From a virus, in IMG/VR virus record IMGVR_UViG_3300009537_000054, positions 1 through 41,748 of that record: 41,748 bases of DNA. One strand, given 5' to 3'. The stretch's first letter is position 1. Each line of letters opens with the position of its first letter. A program made the position numbers and the translations under genes. A model generated the notes under the pieces. It saw nothing but the letters and a program-made list of their open reading frames with translations. It was not told the DNA's origin and ran no database searches. Positions 15,981 through 22,807 of this stretch are shown in pieces.

Positions 15981-18900
15981 AGTTTTGGGTCCTCTCTGTC
16001 ATGAGTTTCAGGAACAACTTTTCTGCGTGTTCGCGTGAGTAAAATCTGGCTGTGATGGGCGGCTGTCTCTCCGGGTGCGCCCCACCATTCAGCTTGCTGG
16101 CGTCCATCGTGAAACCGAAGTCGAAGCCCTCCCCGAGTATCTCCACGAGGGTTGAGTAGAAGCTCATATTGTCGGAATCGGTGATCATCCGCAGCTGGCC
16201 GGCGTCGAGCAGTTCACCCCAGATTGCTATCCCTGCCTTGGCGCGCTCGACCATGGCCTCGGTGACGTGCCCCCCGTTGGCCTCGGCTTCCCATCGGCAC
16301 ATCTGGGACAGGTCTCTTAACCACAGGAACTTCCCGAGGACGCGATCCGGGTACTTCTCCCGGTCCCTAACAAGCAGGCCGATGTTCCGCTCGAACCGTT
16401 TCCGGCGGACCTCTTCGGTGCTGTATCCGTAATGAGCGATGGTCACATCCCCCATGATGGTCGCGTGTCCGACGCCTTTGTTGATCTCGAGCTCAGGGTG
16501 TTCATGGACTACCCCGAAGAATTTGATGCCCTTACCATTACGGTAGAACCTTGATGGCAGGTCGGTTTTCATGATGCCAGCCGGCTCAACGCTGTAGTGA
16601 AGCTGCTTGATGGCATAAGCGTTGAACATATTCTCGCGGAGGTACTTCCTGACGTTCTCCGGGTGGAATAGCACCTCGTCGGCGTCGATCCAGAGTATCC
16701 AGTCGGCTTTAGCCTTGGCGGTACACTGATTCCTGGCCTCGTCGAATCCGATCTCCAAGGGTGATTTGATGTCGAACAGGAGGTCTTCCTTTGGAGAGAA
16801 CCCTTTGACGTACTTCGCCGCAATGGCCCGGGTCTCGTCCTTGGTGGTCTCGTCGACCGCGACAATGATCTCGCTGGCGATGTTCTTCACGGATTCCAGG
16901 CATCTGCCCAAGCTGTGCTCGGCGTCCTTGGCGATGATACAGACCGCGAGGGTTTGGCTCGGTGCCAGATATTTGAACTTTCGTGAATAGTCGATGCGCC
17001 CGCTTGGCTGGGTCGGCTTACCGAAAACCGCGATATAACTGCCGAGGGCGTCACCGTTCCGGTCTGTGCCTCCGGTGGCCAGGTTCACGTTAAACCCTGT
17101 GTGCATACCGAACAGGTCATGCAGGTCTTGTCTTTCAAGGTGATGGACGTGCGCCCTCCACGGCCAGTGTTCCCGGTAGCCTATCGCCTCCCAAGGGCCA
17201 AGTGGTGTGGTGGTGATAAACTTCCCGCCTTCCTTGAGGTACTTCCCGAGAGCATCGATCATCTCCCACGGTGCTTCGACGTGCTCAAGAACCTCGGCGA
17301 CGATGATGGCATCGAAGCTTTCTAGTGCAGGCGCTTCGTCGTCCCCGGCCACTTTAATAATGCCGACCTCAACGCTTCCGGTGATAAAAGTAGCGTTCCG
17401 TGTTCCGTCACTGTCAGCCCACTTTCGGGCTGTGGCGATATTGCTGGCGGCGATGTCGATTCCGATGAACTTGAGGTCTGGAAAGGCTTTCGCCAGATTG
17501 TTCGTATAGTGACCATGAGCGCACCCATAATCACAAACGACGCTACCAGCAGGGAGACTGCCAAGGTGACCGGCCACAGTAGCAAAACGGTTATTGTGCG
17601 TGCAATCTTCCGGCCCGTACTCAACTCCGCGCTGTTTCTCATAGTCGTAGTACCTCTCATAGTGTTCCTTCCAGGCGCGGTCGCGCGCGAAGGCGTAGCA
17701 CTCCTGCATCTCTTTCGCCGCGGTATTGTCCCCCGTGTGGTCGGTTGGGTGTTCTGCAGCGTACTTCTCGGCGGCGTAGTAGTCGCTCGTATGAATGAGG
17801 CTCTTTAAGACGGTCTCCGGGTTCTTCGTGCGTTCGGCGAACAGTTCTTCAATGTGCTTCTCGAAGCCCTCGGCGGCGATTGACCAGGCGAGCTTTACAC
17901 CAGCCCCGCGCTGTGCTGCGCGCATAACGTCAGGGCTAAGTAGCATGGGCCGCTCATCGCTATACTCCTCCGAAAATAAATCTACTACGGTTCCAACAAA
18001 AGACGCTTCATCGGCAACGCCGTTCTTTAGATTAATCAAATGCGAGCCGCTAAATTGGCACGTCTCAGGCAACGCACCAACGTGCGATGCGATGAACGGC
18101 AGGCCGGCTGCCATCGCTTCCATCGCCGTGATGCAGTTGTGGATAACGACTCCGCCAGCGATGAAATTATGCGTGCGTTCGACCTCCATATCGTACACAT
18201 CCTCATGTCCGCATGGCTCAACACTGACGACCTTGTGATTGAAGGCCGCACCCTTGGCCGCGAGGTTCGAGCGCTTCTTGGCAGCACGACTGTCGATCCA
18301 AGCCTGCCGCTCCTCTGGAGGCATGGCGTTGACCTTTTCCCACAGCTTGTCGCCGGCTTTACTTAGTGTCTGAATCCGCTCGGCACGGAAATCCGCATCG
18401 CCTTCCCATTTCTTGCGCCAGCCATTCACGTGTGCGCGCGCGGCATGCGGCGTCTTCACTAATCCACGGAACGTCTTCTTCGCGTGATCCGAAGGCGACA
18501 GCACTTGCAGGTTGTCCGGCATGTTGTTCAGCGGGTTCCCGTCGATATGATCGACGTGGTGGCCCTTCGGAATATCGCCATGGACGTATTCGGCGATGAC
18601 CCGATGCTCATGTGGCCAGCGGCCCGAACCGGTAGACACGGTAATCTGGGCATGCTTCTTCAGAGCCACCGCAGATTCGCCAGGCTGTAAGTCTTTCAAC
18701 TCGACCCAGCCGCGCTTGTACGTCAGCACCTTGTGGTCCGGAGTGGCACGCAGGCATGTCCCATCGTCCCAAAGGACCTTCCAGATTTCGCGATTCTTGC
18801 CTGTTTTTGCTACCCATTTCACCTGTGACAATATGAACTTCCCGTTTTCCTCGTCGTATGACCAGACAGGGAAACCGCTCTTGCCGACCAGTTCACTGAT

Positions 18901-19791
18901 CGGCACGCCGCGCGGGTACTTCGTATAATCACGCGGCATGTCGATGAGCGTATCGCCGACGCAACAGGAAACTTCTTCGAATTCAGAGGGGTACACAAGG
19001 GCATCACACTGCCTCATGGTGTCCGCCAACTGTTGCTTGGTCAGGCTACCCATGTTGGTGCAGTTCGGTAACTCCTCGATGCGCGAGTACAGATAGGCGT
19101 ACATATCCGCGAGGTGCGGCGGGTTGTTGTCGTAGTTACAGACATAGAGCCGGAAGCGCTTATCGATCTCCCAGAGCCTTTCCATGATCCCACCCGGGCG
19201 AACGTGGTGCGCCAATCCGCGCTCCGGTCGTGAGGTGTAGAGCAGGGCGATCTCGTCCTTAACTTTCGGCAGCTTGAATCGCGGTTTGCCTTGGAATAGG
19301 TTCAGGTCCACGCCGTTTGTCACGGTCTTAACGATCTCCGGAGCCAGTCCGTAGACCTCGCAGAGCTGTTTCTTGTGCCATTCACTGACACAGAATACCG
19401 CGTCGATATTCCAGAGGCCGGCGGCGATGGAGGGCTTCTGTCGGTGAAGGGCGAGGTCGTGCATCCAGGCGATATTCAGCTTGGCCTGGAACCTGTGGAC
19501 AAATGCGCCCGGCTGGCGCTGCATGATCAAGACGTCAGTCGGTGTGTTGCTGGCGTAGAAGTGAAACCGTTCCCCGAGGGGTGCCCGCTCGTTCAGGGGT
19601 CCTGCCCAGATGTATTTCACCCCGTCGAAGTTCCCCTCGTTCGGATCGTTGGTGAATATCGTTACCTTGTGTCCCCTGGCCGCGAGCTCCTTGGCGATGT
19701 AATAGGCCGCTGACTCGGATCCTCCGAGGGATTTGGTCTTGAGGGTGTCGCCGTTGAACGGCATGCCGCCACAATGAATGGTGATCAGCAT
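15961..19791 (-). CDS. GT4 glycosyltransferase (split by intein) / class I SAM methyltransferase / GT2 glycosyltransferase fusion protein
   Basis: 1276 aa. GT4 spans aa 1-275 plus 553-~650 (E-x7-E restored after intein removal, EAMAAGLPFIAS). MTase spans aa ~735-925 (VVCDYGCAHG, FDAIIVAEVLEHV; nt ~17017..17589). GT2 spans aa ~946-1135 (LAVCIIAKDAEHSL..., WILWIDADEV; nt ~16387..16956). Confidence 0.8.
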   Translation of the reverse strand: MLITIHCGGMPFNGDTLKTKSLGGSESAAYYIAKELAARGHKVTIFTNDPNEGNFDGVKYIWAGPLNERAPLGERFHFYASNTPTDVLIMQRQPGAFVHRFQAKLNIAWMHDLALHRQKPSIAAGLWNIDAVFCVSEWHKKQLCEVYGLAPEIVKTVTNGVDLNLFQGKPRFKLPKVKDEIALLYTSRPERGLAHHVRPGGIMERLWEIDKRFRLYVCNYDNNPPHLADMYAYLYSRIEELPNCTNMGSLTKQQLADTMRQCDALVYPSEFEEVSCCVGDTLIDMPRDYTKYPRGVPISELVGKSGFPVWSYDEENGKFILSQVKWVAKTGKNREIWKVLWDDGTCLRATPDHKVLTYKRGWVELKDLQPGESAVALKKHAQITVSTGSGRWPHEHRVIAEYVHGDIPKGHHVDHIDGNPLNNMPDNLQVLSPSDHAKKTFRGLVKTPHAARAHVNGWRKKWEGDADFRAERIQTLSKAGDKLWEKVNAMPPEERQAWIDSRAAKKRSNLAAKGAAFNHKVVSVEPCGHEDVYDMEVERTHNFIAGGVVIHNCITAMEAMAAGLPFIASHVGALPETCQFSGSHLINLKNGVADEASFVGTVVDLFSEEYSDERPMLLSPDVMRAAQRGAGVKLAWSIAAEGFEKHIEELFAERTKNPETVLKSLIHTSDYYAAEKYAAEHPTDHTGDNTAAKEMQECYAFARDRAWKEHYERYYDYEKQRGVEYGPEDCTHNNRFATVAGHLGSLPAGSVVCDYGCAHGHYTNNLAKAFPDLKFIGIDIAASNIATARKWADSDGTRNATFITGSVEVGIIKVAGDDEAPALESFDAIIVAEVLEHVEAPWEMIDALGKYLKEGGKFITTTPLGPWEAIGYREHWPWRAHVHHLERQDLHDLFGMHTGFNVNLATGGTDRNGDALGSYIAVFGKPTQPSGRIDYSRKFKYLAPSQTLAVCIIAKDAEHSLGRCLESVKNIASEIIVAVDETTKDETRAIAAKYVKGFSPKEDLLFDIKSPLEIGFDEARNQCTAKAKADWILWIDADEVLFHPENVRKYLRENMFNAYAIKQLHYSVEPAGIMKTDLPSRFYRNGKGIKFFGVVHEHPELEINKGVGHATIMGDVTIAHYGYSTEEVRRKRFERNIGLLVRDREKYPDRVLGKFLWLRDLSQMCRWEAEANGGHVTEAMVERAKAGIAIWGELLDAGQLRMITDSDNMSFYSTLVEILGEGFDFGFTMDASKLNGGAHPERQPPITARFYSREHAEKLFLKLMTERTQNYESKYY
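18136..18966 (-). mobile_element. Intein with HNH homing-endonuclease domain (277 aa, residues 276-552 of the host ORF)
   Basis: Begins CCVGDTLI, has the central motif HHVDHIDGNPLNNMPDNLQVLSPSDH, and ends GGVVIHN followed by Cys+1 (CITAMEAM). The codon positions were verified on the sequence. Confidence 0.8.
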
Positions 19792-19937
19792 GGTTGGCCC
19801 TTTGTCGTTTGCGTGGTCATTTGCGTGGTTCCTCTGTGAAGGTGGTGCGTGGCGGTCAGAATCAGGAGGATGCCGCCTTGGTCTCCTCTAATCCGCCACG
19901 CAGTCGTCCTCGATTCAACGTCCGGCGGCATCCAATC

Positions 19938-20099
19938 TTAGCCCTTCGGCTTGTCGGTTGTCTTCTGGCCTTGCTGCGGTGCGTCTTTCACCGGCATGCC
20001 CTTGTTCATGTCGTTCCCTCCCCATCGGGAGTTGTCCTGCTTGTATTCCTTCATCTGCTGCTCATAGTTCAAATCCGCTTTGTGTGGGATTAAAGCCAT
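19938..20099 (-). CDS. Small hypothetical protein (53 aa)
   Basis: Start reset to ATG 20099 (GAGGAGG RBS). Lys/Gln/Asp-rich. Confidence 0.45.
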   Translation of the reverse strand: MALIPHKADLNYEQQMKEYKQDNSRWGGNDMNKGMPVKDAPQQGQKTTDKPKG

Positions 20100-20100
20100 A

Positions 20101-20289
20101 TCAGACCTCCTCTTTTTTGCGTTCAAAAACGACCGCGACGCGTTCATCATACACATACTTTTCTGTGGACTCGCCATCTTGCAGAATGGTGAAGTCGGTG
20201 GTGTCTTCGTCGTCCGGTAACATCTTGATACCGAAAAACACGTCTTTGTTCGGCCCGCAGTGTGCTGTTACTTTAACGCTAGTAGTCAT
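20101..20289 (-). CDS. Small hypothetical protein (62 aa)
   Basis: Start reset to ATG 20289 (GAGAGGAAA RBS). It follows the terminator after the capsid gene. Confidence 0.5.
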   Translation of the reverse strand: MTTSVKVTAHCGPNKDVFFGIKMLPDDEDTTDFTILQDGESTEKYVYDERVAVVFERKKEEV

Positions 20290-20311
20290 GTTCGTTTCCT
20301 CTCGCACTTGG

Positions 20312-20354
20312 AAAAAACCCATCGGACCCGGTGTGCGTGACAGGTCCGTTGGGG
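20312..20354 (-). terminator. Rho-independent terminator downstream of the major capsid gene
   Basis: Minus-strand RNA: CCCAACGGACC - 14-nt loop - GGUCCGAUGGG followed by UUUUUU (10 bp plus 1 mismatch). It starts 19 nt after the capsid stop codon. Confidence 0.7.
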
Positions 20355-20372
20355 AAGTTCACCATTACTTTC

Positions 20373-21341
20373 TTACGCGGCACAACTCTGGACGAGGAAG
20401 CCGAAGCGCGCTCCGGTGATTTTCTCGGCCTGGTAGTAACCGACCTCGATGTCGTCGGTCTTGGTCTTGCTGTTGTACGGGTGACGTTCCACCTGCATGT
20501 TCGGGATGCCCGGTGCGCTGAGGCGATACGAGTACATGAAGGACGGGCGGTCGATACTCGGGGTCGGCGGCGCGTAGTACACCAGTACCGATGGTCCCCA
20601 GATGGCCCCGATGGTATTGCCGATGTTCTCTTCCCCGGTGTTCTTGAACATGCCGGCCACGTTGACACTCTCCATCTCGAACAGGTCCTTGGCTTGGCTG
20701 GTGTTCAAATAACCTCCACCGTTGTTCGTACCGAAGATGATATTTCGGACGTTCTTGTGGCGGCGGAAACCATCCCAAGCCTTGGCGCCGAAGATCATGC
20801 GGTTTGGACGGTAACCCGTCGCATAGCGCACGTTGTCGATGGCGGTATTCAGGTCCACCAGAGGATTACCGTCACCTTCGACGGTGCTCCAGATGGAGCT
20901 GACGGCGGCACTCGACCCCACGTTGGTGGTCGATGTCACCTGCAGGCTTACCCGGTTCTCCCAGTTCAGTTGCAACTTCTCGGTCAGGCGCAGTGCCTTT
21001 CCTTCAATCTCGCGGGTGGCATATACGGGGTCCGCATTGCTGCGGTCCTCTATGGTGACACCGTCTTGGAGAGCGTAGTTGTTGCAGTAGTACAGCTGTG
21101 AGCTGACGTCCGAGGTGTAGCGTTTGGCCTCGGTGCCCGGTGCACGGCGGTCATCCACTACTCTCCATCGGTCGCCCTGGCTGAACTCGATGATGGAGCC
21201 GGATTGTTTCATGACCGGCACGACTGGCGCGATCACGTCCGCGATCATCCCTTCCTGGCGATAATCGATGATGGTATTGGACAGCGGGAGGTCGAGATAG
21301 AGATCCCGGCCCACGGCTGCAAATCTGATCTTCTTGTTCAT
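20373..21341 (-). CDS. Major capsid protein (HK97-fold, gpE-like family)
   Basis: 322 aa. Start reset to ATG 21341 (AAGGAG RBS 7 nt upstream). It follows the protease/scaffold and decoration-like genes, and the sequence pattern resembles the gpE family. Confidence 0.8.
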   Translation of the reverse strand: MNKKIRFAAVGRDLYLDLPLSNTIIDYRQEGMIADVIAPVVPVMKQSGSIIEFSQGDRWRVVDDRRAPGTEAKRYTSDVSSQLYYCNNYALQDGVTIEDRSNADPVYATREIEGKALRLTEKLQLNWENRVSLQVTSTTNVGSSAAVSSIWSTVEGDGNPLVDLNTAIDNVRYATGYRPNRMIFGAKAWDGFRRHKNVRNIIFGTNNGGGYLNTSQAKDLFEMESVNVAGMFKNTGEENIGNTIGAIWGPSVLVYYAPPTPSIDRPSFMYSYRLSAPGIPNMQVERHPYNSKTKTDDIEVGYYQAEKITGARFGFLVQSCAA

Positions 21342-21351
21342 TGAGTTCTCC

Positions 21352-21732
21352 TTAGGGTCCGCTGGATACGCCAGTGGCGGCGAAATTGAAGAGGCCCTCG
21401 ACGGTGGCGCCGGAAGCCGCTGTGGCCAGTGCGCGCCCGCATGGAGCAACTGCCCCAACGGCCGTGATGAGGTAGCCAGAGGTAGTCACGATCAGACGTG
21501 CGCCGGCCGTAACGGCTGCTCCGGCAACGCCCTTCATGTGGCCTTCCCAACCGACCTGAGCGTCTTCACCGCTTTTCGGCTTGTTCTGCAACAGACCGAT
21601 AGCTACGGTTCCGGTAGCGGCGATGGTGCCACCGACGGCGACGGCCTTGTACTGGGCGCCCGTACCGCCGCCAGTATTGAGGTCGGCACCAGCGGCGAGC
21701 TGGATGCTTCTGAAATTACCTGTTCCGCTCAT
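21352..21732 (-). CDS. Head decoration-like protein (DUF2190-like)
   Basis: 126 aa, Gly/Ala-rich, immediately upstream of the capsid gene as is usual for DUF2190 proteins. Confidence 0.5.
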   Translation of the reverse strand: MSGTGNFRSIQLAAGADLNTGGGTGAQYKAVAVGGTIAATGTVAIGLLQNKPKSGEDAQVGWEGHMKGVAGAAVTAGARLIVTTSGYLITAVGAVAPCGRALATAASGATVEGLFNFAATGVSSGP

Positions 21733-21733
21733 G

Positions 21734-22807
21734 TTATTTCTCCTCGTCGTTGCCGATGTAGGCTTTCGCCAGCTCCGGGTTGCCTTCCATCACGCGGTCC
21801 CGTGCTACCGTGAAGGACATCTTGCTATCCTTCGCCTGTAGCCCTTTGGCGAGTGCGGTAATGGCGGCGCCTGGGTCTTCCAGCTGCTTGGCCAGATCGC
21901 CTTCGTCGGTGTCGTTACCGCTGCCACCTCCCTTGCCCTGTTCGGTGCTCATCTTGGCCTTGCCTCCGTTGATCTTGATGAACTCGTCGATGCTTTCGGC
22001 GGTCACGTCCATGACGGCCTTATCATCGTTGAGTCGCATGAACTTGACCGTGCTTTCGCGCTGGGCTGGTGTCAGGCGCTTGTCTTTCACTGCGGCCTCA
22101 AGGCGTCCGGTCAGGTCTTCCCGGTGCATCTTGATCTTGCCCTTTGCGGCCTCATCGTCCGTCTTGGCCTTGTCGGCCTTGAGCTGCTCGTTCTCGGCTT
22201 TCAGGGTCGCGTTCTCGGTGGAGAATTTGGCCAGGTCGGCCTTCACCGGAGCGAGGGCTGCTTCGGTGGCTTTCGTCACCGCCTTCTCGATCTCTTCTGG
22301 TGTCATGTTGTTGTCCTCGTTGGTTAGGTTGCCCTGTACTGTGCTGAACACTTCCCGACGACTGGCAGCGAGACGCTCGCCTCCGTCAAGGTATGTGGCC
22401 AGGTCGGCCAGGGTATTCACTGCCGGGATATCTGCTCCCAACAATGCGACTGCGGAAAGAACATATTTATATTTCTTTCCACGGTGTTCGACGTCTACAT
22501 CCAATTCCACTGATACATGTCTGTACATCTTAGCGTCGAATGCCTTTTTGACAATGCCCGGCACGTTATCGAAGCGCGCCATGAGCTTGTCTGATTCGTT
22601 CACCCATACTTTCGTCACCCATCCCAGGGCCGGGTATCCGTCCGTCATGGGCTGGCTGTCGTTGTGTCCGAACTTCAGCGGCACCTTGTGATTCTCGGCC
22701 AAGGCTTCGAAGTTGGCGACGATGTCATGCAGGTCCTGGGTGGTGAATTTCCAGGTCTTGTTCCACGTCCCCGGTGCGAATATTTCTGCGTCTATCGAGT
22801 AGAACAT
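21734..22807 (-). CDS. Prohead protease / scaffold (Mu gpI-like)
   Basis: 357 aa. The N-domain motif ...VPLKFGHNDSQ...GYPALGWVTKVWVNESDKLMARFDNVP...MYRHVSVEL resembles the Mu-like gpI family. The C-terminal half is a Lys/Glu/Ala coiled coil. Confidence 0.55.
   Translation of the reverse strand: MFYSIDAEIFAPGTWNKTWKFTTQDLHDIVANFEALAENHKVPLKFGHNDSQPMTDGYPALGWVTKVWVNESDKLMARFDNVPGIVKKAFDAKMYRHVSVELDVDVEHRGKKYKYVLSAVALLGADIPAVNTLADLATYLDGGERLAASRREVFSTVQGNLTNEDNNMTPEEIEKAVTKATEAALAPVKADLAKFSTENATLKAENEQLKADKAKTDDEAAKGKIKMHREDLTGRLEAAVKDKRLTPAQRESTVKFMRLNDDKAVMDVTAESIDEFIKINGGKAKMSTEQGKGGGSGNDTDEGDLAKQLEDPGAAITALAKGLQAKDSKMSFTVARDRVMEGNPELAKAYIGNDEEK

Noticed and set aside
20331-21101. 256-aa plus-strand ORF opposite the major capsid gene
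   Set aside because: It is fully antisense to a well-supported capsid gene. The composition is Arg/Val/Gly/His-rich, typical of a shadow frame in GC-rich coding DNA. It has no RBS and no recognisable motif.
20373-21458. N-terminal extensions in the ORF track (this ORF, 31910..32776, 27125..27868, 1616..2128, 695..1153 and others)
   Set aside because: The extensions overlap the upstream genes, have a shadow-like composition and lack an RBS. Internal ATGs with a GGAGG-type RBS or ATGA overlaps give compact, coupled gene models.
21780-22691. 303-aa plus-strand ORF opposite the protease/scaffold gene
   Set aside because: The translation is Ser/Ala/Leu/Arg-rich and low-complexity, mirroring the Lys/Glu/Ala coiled-coil codons on the other strand. 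It is a shadow ORF.
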